The notes: a model not told the origin generated them from the sequence alone. 27,676 nucleotides of DNA from an uncultured Candidatus Marinamargulisbacteria bacterium (GCA_964652635.1 CAZZBY010000001.1:1-27676), one strand, 5' to 3'; positions 1 through 9,291 are shown, numbered from the stretch's first letter. Numbers and translations are program-made.

Positions 1-100
1 AGCAAAAGAGTGCATTTTGACACTCCATGCCATACCTATTTTGATGGCTAAGTTACCATCAATCCCTTAATTTTTTAATGGGCATAGTAGACATGATGTA

Positions 101-1009
101 TTAGGGAAGATTCTGCATATAAGCCATTAAAGGTTCTTCCGACTTGTTATATTGAAACGTATTCTCAAAAATCAAATACAATTCGCGAGTACTAACTGCA
201 TCAGCCAAGGCACGATGAGCATTATGATGGCGAATGGAATATTTTTTTGTAAGTGCCCCCAAAGAAGCTCGAGCCTCACCATTTTTCCTAGCCCACTTCA
301 AGGTGCAAATCACCGGATTATTAGAAAATACCAGCTGATGTCGCTTTAATGCCGTTAACAGCCAAGGAATATCAAACTCTGCATTATGGACCACAATTTT
401 GCCATCCCCAATAAAATCCATTAGTTTCGTCAATGCATCGACAATAGTGCATGAATGAGCCACCATTTCGTTGGTAATTCCCGTAATTTTAGTAATTCGT
501 TCATCGATATCAACGGGAGGTTTAACCAAGACCTGAAACGGCTGATCATAGCCTTCATGATCAATTTTTAAAGCTCCAATTTCAATAATGTGATCTCGAA
601 CTGGATCAAGCCCAGTCGTTTCAAAATCCAAAAAGATAATCGACTCCTGCTTTTTAGCAAATAAATCTGCTTGTCCAGAACACTTTGGAAAAAAGAAACA
701 CCGATGCGTCAAATTAGAATCCTGACGATGAATCGTAGGCCCATTGCACCATTGGCAAGTATGAACCCGATCCACTACCATACTATTAGACAGTAAATAA
801 TGGATTTTTTTCACTGTATATACTCGAAGACATCCAGCACAAGTCACCACTTCATTCAGCACCATCGCCTCAGAAAGTGGAGCATCACATAATGGACAAC
901 AATAGTGAACAGCAAAGGTACAAGTTCCAGAGTGACATTTAAGTAAATGCCCCTCTAAGGACACAGTCCCAAGTGACTGGCATTGAGGACAAATGCGATC
1001 AATGAGCAT
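101..1009 (-). CDS. DEDDh 3'-5' exonuclease (Pol III epsilon/PolC-exo-like) with three N-terminal C4 Zn-finger-like modules
   Basis: ExoI FLDFETTG, ExoII HNAEFD, ExoIII HRALADA. 13 Cys in residues 7-110, groupable as three C4 sets. QADLF at residues 113-117. Start overlaps the dcd stop by 11 bp. Confidence 0.88.
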   Translation of the reverse strand: MLIDRICPQCQSLGTVSLEGHLLKCHSGTCTFAVHYCCPLCDAPLSEAMVLNEVVTCAGCLRVYTVKKIHYLLSNSMVVDRVHTCQWCNGPTIHRQDSNLTHRCFFFPKCSGQADLFAKKQESIIFLDFETTGLDPVRDHIIEIGALKIDHEGYDQPFQVLVKPPVDIDERITKITGITNEMVAHSCTIVDALTKLMDFIGDGKIVVHNAEFDIPWLLTALKRHQLVFSNNPVICTLKWARKNGEARASLGALTKKYSIRHHNAHRALADAVSTRELYLIFENTFQYNKSEEPLMAYMQNLP

Positions 1010-1529
1010 CTAAAAATATCCGGCTACCAACCGAATTGCGTTGTTGAAAATATTTACCCCGATAGGGAGTTAGTGCGGGTTTGTCCATCTGACAAAACAC
1101 CAACTGACACACGCGATGCCCAGACTCTAGCCGAATCGGAAGCGAATTTGCATTATACAATTCAAGAGTAATTTGCCCTTCAAATCCCGCATCAACCCAG
1201 CCCGCATTTTGGATAAAAAGCCCCATGCGCCCAATCGAACTTCGCCCTTCAACAAATGCCGTAATATGATCAGGAAGTGCCACATATTCCATCGTCGTCG
1301 CAAGCAAAAATGACCGAGGGGGAATGACAATATTATCACCTTCAAGTTCACGATACACAATCGGATTATTAAAGGTAATTAAGCCTGTATTGGTGTCATC
1401 AACCACCAAATAGTGAGTTCCAATCCGGCAATCCACCGATGCCGGTTGAATGGCATTTTCAGACAAAGGATCAATTTTCAGCTCGCCGCTATCGATCAGT
1501 CGTCTTAAAGTGCCATCAGATAAAATCAT
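999..1529 (-). CDS. dcd: dCTP deaminase
   Basis: MILSD start, IQPASVDCRIG, VEGRSSIGRMG, AGWVDAGFEGQITLEL and YRGKY motifs. Start moved from the ORF-track 1586 to the ATG at 1529. Confidence 0.93.
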   Translation of the reverse strand: MILSDGTLRRLIDSGELKIDPLSENAIQPASVDCRIGTHYLVVDDTNTGLITFNNPIVYRELEGDNIVIPPRSFLLATTMEYVALPDHITAFVEGRSSIGRMGLFIQNAGWVDAGFEGQITLELYNANSLPIRLESGHRVCQLVFCQMDKPALTPYRGKYFQQRNSVGSRIFLDAH

Positions 1530-1536
1530 AAAGCGT

Positions 1537-1565
1537 ATTCTAGGAGAGAGTCGCAAAATAGCCAA
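1537..1565 (-). promoter_or_regulatory. Putative sigma70 promoter of dcd (leaderless geometry)
   Basis: On the minus strand: TTGGCT, 17 bp, TAGAAT, 7 nt, then ATG at 1529. No SD. Confidence 0.55.
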
Positions 1566-1633
1566 GAAAAAGATTAAATCGGCCAAAATAAAGCTTCTAC
1601 AAATGAGGTCAAAAATAAGTTACACTCTCACTC

Positions 1634-3025
1634 ATGGATATTAAACAGTACGATGTCATCGTCATTGGTTCTGGAGGAGGGTCAAAAATTACCCGTCCTG
1701 CCGCTAATCTGGGCAACAAAGTCGCCATTATCGAAAAAGGAGCATTAGGCGGAACTTGCCTCAATCACGGCTGCATCCCCTCCAAAATGCTCATCCATCC
1801 CGCAGATATTGTAAGTCATATTAAGTCTGCCAGAAAATTTGAAATCGACATCGACACCCACTTCTCAGTCCGCTTCAACGACCTCGTCTCCAGAGTCACT
1901 CACACCGTTACTGCTGAATCTGAATCCATCCCCGCAATCTACAACAACCACCCCAATATCGACCTCTATCGGGGAGAAGCACGTTTTATTGGTCACAAAA
2001 CCATTGAAGTAGACGGTCAACAGATCAAAGCTGATAAAATTTTTATCATTACCGGAGTTAGAGCCAAAATCCCTCAAATCCCGGGTCTCAGCAAAACCCC
2101 CTATTTTACCTATAAAGAAGCCATTAGAAACACCACTCAACCCAAAAAAATGATCGTGATTGGCGGGGGATATATCGCTGTAGAACTCGGCTATTTCTAC
2201 GCCAGCATGGGCACTGAAGTAACTTTCCTCGTCCGATCCTCTATGGTCAAAGGCGAAGATCAAGACGTCCAAAAGGAATTTGAAAATAGCTTTTCAAAAC
2301 ACAACGATATCCGTCTCAAAGCCATCCCCACCCATGTTGCCCATGATGGTCAACAATTTACCGTCACATATACTCAAAACGACACCACACACACCATCGT
2401 AGCCGACAGCTTATTCGTCGCAACCGGTGTCACCCCCAATACTGATATGCTTAACCTAAACAGCACCGGCGTCATGATCGATGACAACGGTTACATCAAA
2501 GTCAATGATTACCTCGAAACTAGCACGGAAGGAATCTATGCATTCGGAGATGTTATCGGCCGCAATTTATTTAGACACACCGCCAATTTCGAAGGAGAAT
2601 ATGCCTTTGACAGCATCTTCATGGATATGTTTGCTAAACCGATCCAGTATCCTCCCATACCTCATGCCATTTTCTCCAATCCTCAAATCGGTGGAGTAGG
2701 GGCTACCGAACAGGATCTCATTACCGCAGGCATCCCATATCTGGTCGGTCTCAACCACTATAAAAATAGTGCCATGGGAATGGCTCTCCTTTCCGAACAC
2801 GGTTTCGCCAAGCTTCTCTTTCATAAACAAACTCAAAAACTTCTAGGTGCTCACATTATTGGAGATGAGGCCTCTACCATGATCCACACACTCATCGCCT
2901 TTATGAAAATGGATGCCACACTAGACGACATTTTAGGTACCATCTATATCCATCCTGCACTCCCTGAAATTATCCGAAATGCCGCGCGAAAGGCCAAAGC
3001 TGCTATTGACACACAGTCGCAATAA
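1634..3025 (+). CDS. Class I pyridine nucleotide-disulfide oxidoreductase (dihydrolipoyl dehydrogenase/mycothione reductase family)
   Basis: FAD motif IGSGGG, redox GGTCLNHGCIPSK, NAD(P) motif IGGGYIA...VRS, AFGDVIG, C-terminal IHPALPE. Confidence 0.9.
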   Translation: MDIKQYDVIVIGSGGGSKITRPAANLGNKVAIIEKGALGGTCLNHGCIPSKMLIHPADIVSHIKSARKFEIDIDTHFSVRFNDLVSRVTHTVTAESESIPAIYNNHPNIDLYRGEARFIGHKTIEVDGQQIKADKIFIITGVRAKIPQIPGLSKTPYFTYKEAIRNTTQPKKMIVIGGGYIAVELGYFYASMGTEVTFLVRSSMVKGEDQDVQKEFENSFSKHNDIRLKAIPTHVAHDGQQFTVTYTQNDTTHTIVADSLFVATGVTPNTDMLNLNSTGVMIDDNGYIKVNDYLETSTEGIYAFGDVIGRNLFRHTANFEGEYAFDSIFMDMFAKPIQYPPIPHAIFSNPQIGGVGATEQDLITAGIPYLVGLNHYKNSAMGMALLSEHGFAKLLFHKQTQKLLGAHIIGDEASTMIHTLIAFMKMDATLDDILGTIYIHPALPEIIRNAARKAKAAIDTQSQ

Positions 3026-3034
3026 ACATATCAT
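3006..3034 (+). promoter_or_regulatory. Sigma70 promoter of feoAB
   Basis: TTGACA (3006-3011), 17 bp, TATCAT (3029-3034). Confidence 0.7.
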
Positions 3035-3042
3035 TAGTTTAT

Positions 3043-3057
3043 TGATACTCAGTATCA
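3043..3057. promoter_or_regulatory. Fur-box-like 7-1-7 operator
   Basis: Perfect palindrome TGATACT-C-AGTATCA just after the predicted TSS, upstream of feoAB. One change per half-site from TGATAAT-N-ATTATCA. Confidence 0.6.
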
Positions 3058-3080
3058 TAGATGAGCATAAAAGGGTCATA

Positions 3081-3311
3081 ATGAGCTGTCAAACACTTCA
3101 ACAATGTCATAACAATACAGAGGCAGTAATTTTCGATATTTCTGCAGAGTGGGAGGGTCGCCTCAGATTCATGGAAATTGGAGGTATCCAAGGCACTCCC
3201 ATTAAAATTCACAACCGAATTGGGAAAACGGGCTCAATCATTCTTTCATTACGGAACGCCAAATTTGCGATTCGATACCAAGACGCCGAATACATTTGGG
3301 TCAACCAATAG
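3081..3311 (+). CDS. feoA: Ferrous iron transport protein A
   Basis: 76 aa with RFMEIGGIQGTPIKI and SH3-like FeoA pattern, 3 bp upstream of feoB. Start reassigned to the ATG at 3081. Confidence 0.8.
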   Translation: MSCQTLQQCHNNTEAVIFDISAEWEGRLRFMEIGGIQGTPIKIHNRIGKTGSIILSLRNAKFAIRYQDAEYIWVNQ

Positions 3312-3314
3312 AAA

Positions 3315-5117
3315 ATGGGCGACTCCATACGCCAGATCATTCTGATCGGCGCACCAAACAGCGGAAAAACCAGTTTATTCAACCACTTCACTCAACTTAA
3401 ATACAAAACCGTTAACTACCCGGGATCCACTGTAGAATCTGCAATAGGAGCACTCAAATACAGCCAGGAAAAACAATATCCCATTACAATTACCGACACC
3501 CCCGGCGTTATTTCCCTAGACCCAAAATCCGAAGACGAAAAAGTCACCCTTAATCTCTTAAATACAACCAAAAACAGTATGGTCGTTCTCGTGATTAATG
3601 CGACCCAACTCCAACGCCAGTTAGCCTTATTTAAACAATTAGCCCATATGAAACTCATCCCCACTATCGTCCTAAGCATGGAAGACGTTAACCATGACAA
3701 AATTGACCAAAAAACGCTCTCCGCCATACTAGGAACCCAAGTATTTTCAGTCAATGCCACACATTCAAAAGACGTTAAAATCATCGGAGAATTTCTAGGA
3801 AAACTCGCCCAAGATCTACCAGAAAAACACCAAAAACCAATGCCCGTACTAAATGAAACTGAAATCAAAGACACGATAGTCTGGGCTGAAAATATTGCAA
3901 AATCGGTTACCAAAGCAAGCAGCAATATTACCACTTATGATCCTGATCAATTACTCCTTCACACCATATGGGGCCCTCTTATTTTTTGTGGGTTTTTGTT
4001 TACCGGATTTTGGAGTGTTTTTTCTATTGCAGAACCAATGATGAATAATATTGACGCTCTAAGCCTCAGCATCCAGGCTGGGGTAACGACCTTACTCCCT
4101 CCAGGGATAGTCACCACCATCCTTGCCAAAGGAATCATCCCTAGCATTGGGGGAATCCTGATCTTTGTACCACAAATCGCATTACTCTTTTTACTGATTG
4201 GAATACTCGAAAGCAGTGGATATCTCGCAAGAGGAGCCGCATTATTAGATCATCCATTATCTAAAATTGGACTCAATGGTCGTAGTTTCGCACCACTCCT
4301 TTCTGGATTCGTCTGCGCCATACCAGCCATTCTTTCCGCACGAACCATCCCTAATAAAAAAGAAAGACTCATCACTCAACTGGTCATTCCACTGATGAGT
4401 TGCTCGGCTAGGCTTCCTGTCTATGGCCTTCTACTGACATTATTGGCTATTCGCTATTCCCCAGCAGTCGCAAGCATCGGCATGATTAGCATCTATGGAA
4501 TAAGCATCCTCATCGGCGCAGGGATATCCACACTTCTCAACAGTTGGATCCCTAAAACCGAAAATACTGGGTTTTACATCGAACTCCCCAAACTACAAAA
4601 ACCCGACTTCAAAGTCATTATCGTCCAAAGCATGCATCAAACCATACAATTTATTAAAAAAGCAGGTCCCATCATTTTCATAGTCGGCCTCACCTTATGG
4701 GCCCTATCAGCATACCCAACCCCACAGCACTCTTATGCCAAATGGATAGGAAAATATCTCAACCCCATCTGGACCCCGATGGGAGTAGACTGGAGAGTAG
4801 GTGTGGCTCTCATCCTTTCATTTGCCGCACGTGAAATATTTGTATCAGCAATCGCCGTCATCTTTGCAATTGAAAGCAGCAGAATTTCCATAATCAATAC
4901 ACTTGGAAACGCAACACTATCCAATGGCACCCCACTGTTTAGCAAAGCCTCCATAATCGGACTCATCATATTTTTTATGATTTCAATGCAATGCATGTCC
5001 ACCATGGCCGTCCTTAAACAAGAAACCGGTCAATGGAAATGGCCAATCATCATCACAATCATGTACACATTTTTAGGATATCTCGCAGCAGTTGTTGCAT
5101 ATCAAGTACTTAGCTAA
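3315..5117 (+). CDS. feoB: Ferrous iron transporter B
   Basis: G1 GAPNSGKT, G2 NYPGSTVE, G3 DTPG. Membrane motifs LESSGYLARGA, GFVCAIPA, MSCSARLPVY, FAAREIFV, QCMST. Confidence 0.95.
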   Translation: MGDSIRQIILIGAPNSGKTSLFNHFTQLKYKTVNYPGSTVESAIGALKYSQEKQYPITITDTPGVISLDPKSEDEKVTLNLLNTTKNSMVVLVINATQLQRQLALFKQLAHMKLIPTIVLSMEDVNHDKIDQKTLSAILGTQVFSVNATHSKDVKIIGEFLGKLAQDLPEKHQKPMPVLNETEIKDTIVWAENIAKSVTKASSNITTYDPDQLLLHTIWGPLIFCGFLFTGFWSVFSIAEPMMNNIDALSLSIQAGVTTLLPPGIVTTILAKGIIPSIGGILIFVPQIALLFLLIGILESSGYLARGAALLDHPLSKIGLNGRSFAPLLSGFVCAIPAILSARTIPNKKERLITQLVIPLMSCSARLPVYGLLLTLLAIRYSPAVASIGMISIYGISILIGAGISTLLNSWIPKTENTGFYIELPKLQKPDFKVIIVQSMHQTIQFIKKAGPIIFIVGLTLWALSAYPTPQHSYAKWIGKYLNPIWTPMGVDWRVGVALILSFAAREIFVSAIAVIFAIESSRISIINTLGNATLSNGTPLFSKASIIGLIIFFMISMQCMSTMAVLKQETGQWKWPIIITIMYTFLGYLAAVVAYQVLS

Positions 5118-5131
5118 AACGTAGAAAGTGA

Positions 5132-5815
5132 CTAATACAAGCGAATCGAATCAATTAAAAAATCGACTTTACCCTTTTCCTGATTTCCAAACGCCACAAA
5201 TTGCAATTGTAAAAGCCCGCCCGATCCATCCTTGCGAGAAGGATTAAGCACATTATCCCCCACATCGGGATTATCATCTCGAAAGTTAGATAAAGGAAGA
5301 ATCACCACACGCCAACCCACCCAGGTAACATCCATCGTATAAATAAACTTATCATCATACAAAGTATGAGAAGGAGAAGCACTATTACGCTCTAAAACTT
5401 GGTTTTGGTTATCATCATCATAAAGTTCAATCTGCAAACTTCCAGACTGAGACCCATTGCCACGAATCAATAATTTCATAAACTGATATTGAGACGCATC
5501 AATCCCAAGATAAGTACCCACTCCACCCACATACCAAGATGAAGTTGACCCATAGAGATGTAAACTATTCACTCCCAAATGCTGAAACTCGGTTAAATCA
5601 TTCTGTCGAATATTGGCCGAAAGCCCGCCAAATAAAAACCACTTAGGGCCATCCACTAAATTCGCATCCTCAAAATCATCTATAATCAAAGGTCGGACAG
5701 CCATAAGGGAAGTTGAAGGCAAGCAAAAACAAAGCATCAAAACAATCAAAAAAAGATTAGTTCTGAATGGGAGCAATACCAATGGTAAAATCTTCAAATA
5801 CTGTTTTATCATCAA
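5132..5815 (-). CDS. Exported single-domain CBM11/CIA30-like carbohydrate-binding protein (start uncertain)
   Basis: Hydrophobic signal-like segment, then IIDDFED, WYVGGVG, DASQY..MKLLIRG, IELYD and GWRVVILPLSNF, typical of the galactose-binding-like beta sandwich. Confidence 0.6.
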   Translation of the reverse strand: MMIKQYLKILPLVLLPFRTNLFLIVLMLCFCLPSTSLMAVRPLIIDDFEDANLVDGPKWFLFGGLSANIRQNDLTEFQHLGVNSLHLYGSTSSWYVGGVGTYLGIDASQYQFMKLLIRGNGSQSGSLQIELYDDDNQNQVLERNSASPSHTLYDDKFIYTMDVTWVGWRVVILPLSNFRDDNPDVGDNVLNPSRKDGSGGLLQLQFVAFGNQEKGKVDFLIDSIRLY

Positions 5816-7136
5816 ATTTCAGCACCCCTTCTGCTACAGACACTAAACCTAACCCCCATAATAATTGATGCTTATAAAAAAATAAAGGTAAACAGCTTCT
5901 CAGAAAAGGTAAAATATGACGAGTCTTCATCAATTTCCAGACACATCGATCGACAAGACTCCCTTTCGGCGTATAGCGATCCCCATGTAAATAAGGTCGA
6001 AGCGTCAAAAAAGTCGTATCTGACGGTAATCGAATATGAATTCCATGAGCACCAGATGGAGAAGATCTGCGAGTCAAGATCACCTCAATTCCAAAAGAGG
6101 ATAAGCGAAGCGGAGTATCCAAAACAAGACGTTGCTCCACACATCGTAACGGGTAATGAGGGTCAAGAATAGCAAAAGAGGCCTGAGTCCACTCCGCAAG
6201 CATGTCATCAGGAAGGCTAAATCGCCCAAAAACACGACTTTTTAACCCTTCCCGCAACTTAGTAACATGAATACAGGAAATCCCCCAATATGGAGGCAAA
6301 ATACGGTCATGACGATGAAAATGGGCCCAAGACACTTCCAACAACCTCAAAACAAGATTAGAAATTAAATAGGATGGGAGCAACTTCAATGCTGACTTTG
6401 GGAACTCAACAAACCCATCCGCAAAGCGACAATACCGCTCAATCACAGAATCAATTTCAGAAGTAATCTCAATCGCTTGCTGACGCTGAATTTCAAAAAA
6501 ATTAAAAAGTGCAGACTGATAATTTTCGTTAATACGACTAACTTGAGGTAAAAACAGATGCCTCATCCAATTGCGAGAATACTCTAAGTTCGTATTACTA
6601 CTGTCCACCGAATAGGTAATATGGTGCTCATCTAAATAAGCCATAATATCGGCCTTTTTGATATTCAACAAAGGTCGACACCATGTCACTCCATACGCCG
6701 TCATCCGATGCAAAAAAGGACGCCAATGAGTACCAGTCCCCCGAAACAACTTCAGGATCATCGTTTCAATATCATCATCTAAATGATGCGCCAAAATCAC
6801 ATCAGATATCTGAAATAAGCGAGAGAAATGAATTAAAAAACTCTTTCGAAGTCGATGCGCTGCCGCTTCAAAGGACACTCCAAAGCGGGATTGATAGGCC
6901 GTCACAGGGAGACGCCGAATACAACACTTCACCCCAAGCTCTTGCGATAATCGACGAATAGCCATAATTTCATACTTGGCTTCAGGACGAGTTCCATGGT
7001 CAAAATACACTAAAATAATTTGATTTGGAGGAGTCTGCCTGAGCAAAACATCCAATAAGTACCGACTATCAGGTCCGTGAGAATACGATACAATCACATT
7101 GATTGAGGGGCAGAAATCCCTAAGATACCAAAACAC
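5757..7136 (-). CDS. tilS: tRNA(Ile)-lysidine synthetase
   Basis: PP-loop SHGPDS, YFDHGTR, EAAAHRLR, LAHHLDDDIET, RPLL, DSSN...YSRNWMRH, and C-terminal TilS-C-like region. TTG start. Confidence 0.9.
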   Translation of the reverse strand: MFWYLRDFCPSINVIVSYSHGPDSRYLLDVLLRQTPPNQIILVYFDHGTRPEAKYEIMAIRRLSQELGVKCCIRRLPVTAYQSRFGVSFEAAAHRLRKSFLIHFSRLFQISDVILAHHLDDDIETMILKLFRGTGTHWRPFLHRMTAYGVTWCRPLLNIKKADIMAYLDEHHITYSVDSSNTNLEYSRNWMRHLFLPQVSRINENYQSALFNFFEIQRQQAIEITSEIDSVIERYCRFADGFVEFPKSALKLLPSYLISNLVLRLLEVSWAHFHRHDRILPPYWGISCIHVTKLREGLKSRVFGRFSLPDDMLAEWTQASFAILDPHYPLRCVEQRLVLDTPLRLSSFGIEVILTRRSSPSGAHGIHIRLPSDTTFLTLRPYLHGDRYTPKGSLVDRCVWKLMKTRHILPFLRSCLPLFFYKHQLLWGLGLVSVAEGVLKFDDKTVFEDFTIGIAPIQN

Positions 7137-8656
7137 TCACCGAAAGCCACTTGAAGTTTTTTCAAAATAGCCACACGTACCGCCTGCGTCTGAGGCTCAG
7201 CTTTTAAAATAGGGGAGGTTTCATAAAATAAGTGAAACAATCTCGCCAAATGAGCCGTATAGTGCACCACTTTATACGGAGCAAGAAGCATGGCAGAATG
7301 CCATAAAACATCTTCAAGACGCAGTATTTCAATCACCAAACAACGTTCTGGAAATGATAATGTCACTGCAGACTCATCAACGGATGGTAAAGAATGGATA
7401 TCCACTTTAGATAAAATAGTACAAATCCGAGCATAAGCATACTGTACATAAAACACGGGGTTTTCAGATGATTTTTTGACCGCCAATGAAAGATCAAAAT
7501 CCAAATGAGTATCCGGGCTTTTTTCAAGCAAAAAATACCGAGTTGCATCCACGCCAATCTCATCAATGACATCTTCTAGCATAATCATGTCCCCAGTCCG
7601 CTTTGACATACGAACAGGGTGGCCATCCCGAAATAAATTCACCAACTGTCCAATAATGATGGTAAAAGTAACATCATCAATGTACTGAGCTCCCATAAAC
7701 GCTTTAACGCAAGCCTTAATTCGGCGAACGTATCCATGGTGATCCGCACCAAATAAATTAATTAATCGGGTATAGCCCCGAGACAATTTATGAAAGTGAT
7801 ATGAAATATCTGATGCAAAATAGGTATAACTACCATCCGCTTTAATCACAACACGGTCCTTATCATCTCCAAAATAAGTCGATTTAAACCAGACCGCCCC
7901 CTTCGAATCATAAATAAACCCAAGCTCTCTTAAGCGAGAAATTGCCGCATCCACCAGCTTCTGCTGAGTTAAAGTCGATTCGGAAAACCAGCAATCAAAG
8001 TTAACACCAAGGGTGGACAATACATACCGCTGAGACGCAAGCATAGCCTGTAAAGGGTTCTGAGTTGAGTTCGCCAAGTCCGTAATATATGCCCCATGAT
8101 AGCCATTTTCAGGAATCCCCTGACCATTTTTGACTCCATTCACACTGGCATAAAACAAATTCACCTGATTTCCGGCATCATTGATATAAAACTCAGAGTG
8201 AACATCAGCTCCTACCCGCTTTAAAAGGGTCACCAGTGAGCTCCCAATCACCGCCCACCGACCATGACCAATATGTAAAGGCCCCGTCGGATTTGCAGAG
8301 ACATATTCCACTAAAAAACGATCTTCAAGCTTAGGAAACTGAAATGAAGCCACATCAAATCGATTTAACCTAGACCATAATCCACGATCATGAAGTTGAA
8401 TATTCACAAAACCATTGAGAGGAGATGCAAACGCAAAGGTCAAAAAAGAAGAATCCGCATTCAAAACAGTCGCCACCCGCTCTGAAATCTGCATCGGAGA
8501 CTGACGCAATTGCTTAGCCAACTGAAAAGCAACATTAGTCGAATAATCTCCATGATTTTCATGACGAGGAGCTTCTAAAATAATTTCAGAGGAAAATCCA
8601 ATATCAGACTGAGTCAAGGCCTCTGTAATGCAACATTCAATGTCACGCTTCAGCAT
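7094..8656 (-). CDS. argS: Arginyl-tRNA synthetase
   Basis: HGDYSTN, VEYVSANPTGPLHIGHGR (HIGH), GADHHGY, MSKRTG, YVQYAYARI. Start placed at the ATG at 8656; the ORF-track 8758 would run through the tRNA promoter. Confidence 0.96.
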   Translation of the reverse strand: MLKRDIECCITEALTQSDIGFSSEIILEAPRHENHGDYSTNVAFQLAKQLRQSPMQISERVATVLNADSSFLTFAFASPLNGFVNIQLHDRGLWSRLNRFDVASFQFPKLEDRFLVEYVSANPTGPLHIGHGRWAVIGSSLVTLLKRVGADVHSEFYINDAGNQVNLFYASVNGVKNGQGIPENGYHGAYITDLANSTQNPLQAMLASQRYVLSTLGVNFDCWFSESTLTQQKLVDAAISRLRELGFIYDSKGAVWFKSTYFGDDKDRVVIKADGSYTYFASDISYHFHKLSRGYTRLINLFGADHHGYVRRIKACVKAFMGAQYIDDVTFTIIIGQLVNLFRDGHPVRMSKRTGDMIMLEDVIDEIGVDATRYFLLEKSPDTHLDFDLSLAVKKSSENPVFYVQYAYARICTILSKVDIHSLPSVDESAVTLSFPERCLVIEILRLEDVLWHSAMLLAPYKVVHYTAHLARLFHLFYETSPILKAEPQTQAVRVAILKKLQVAFGECFGILGISAPQSM

Positions 8657-8726
8657 AATGTAGGTAATGTACATCATCACAGATAACGAGTACAGATGAC
8701 TGTAAAGAGGATCAAAAATAAGAAGG

Positions 8727-8755
8727 TTGCTCCAAGACATTTTTTTTAATACAAT
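8727..8755 (+). promoter_or_regulatory. Sigma70 promoter of the tRNA-Thr/tRNA-Phe unit
   Basis: TTGCTC (8727-8732), 17 bp, TACAAT (8750-8755), 13 bp before tRNA-Thr. Confidence 0.6.
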
Positions 8756-8768
8756 CAAGCCTTTATAG

Positions 8769-8844
<76 letters not shown>

Positions 8845-8857
8845 GAGAAAATAGACC

Positions 8858-9212
8858 AGGTTAAAGTGCCCTAGATATGCAATTTTCGACAGGTGCGGAC
8901 TATCATGGAGGTGAAGCCAAAGGCGTAACCAACAATAGTCCAGAAACCGAAAAATCGCATAAGCGAAAATGTAGGTTAAAGTGCCCTAGATATGCAATTT
9001 TCGACAGGCGCAGACTATCATGGAGGTGAAGCCAAAGGCGTAACCAACAATAGTCCAGAAACCGAAAAATCGCATAAGCGAAAATGTAGGTTAAAGTGCC
9101 CTAGATATGCAATTTTCGACAGGCGCAGACTATCATGGAGGTGAAGCCAAAGGCGTAACCGGTATAGTTAAGCCTGGCGAAAATTGCGTAGATAGGGTAC
9201 TTTAACCTACAT
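8858..9212. repeat. 115-bp tandem array (2.6 copies) ending in a 41-bp inverted repeat (palindromic REP/RPE-like element)
   Basis: Units start at 8858, 8973 and 9088. Copies 1 and 2 differ at 2 nt. Arms 9084-9124 and 9172-9212 are reverse complements at 36/41. Confidence 0.95.
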
Positions 9213-9215
9213 ATT

Positions 9216-9291
<76 letters not shown>

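Noticed and set aside
8858-9212. CRISPR array
   Set aside because: Units are identical over their full 115 bp with no unique spacers, and there are no cas genes.
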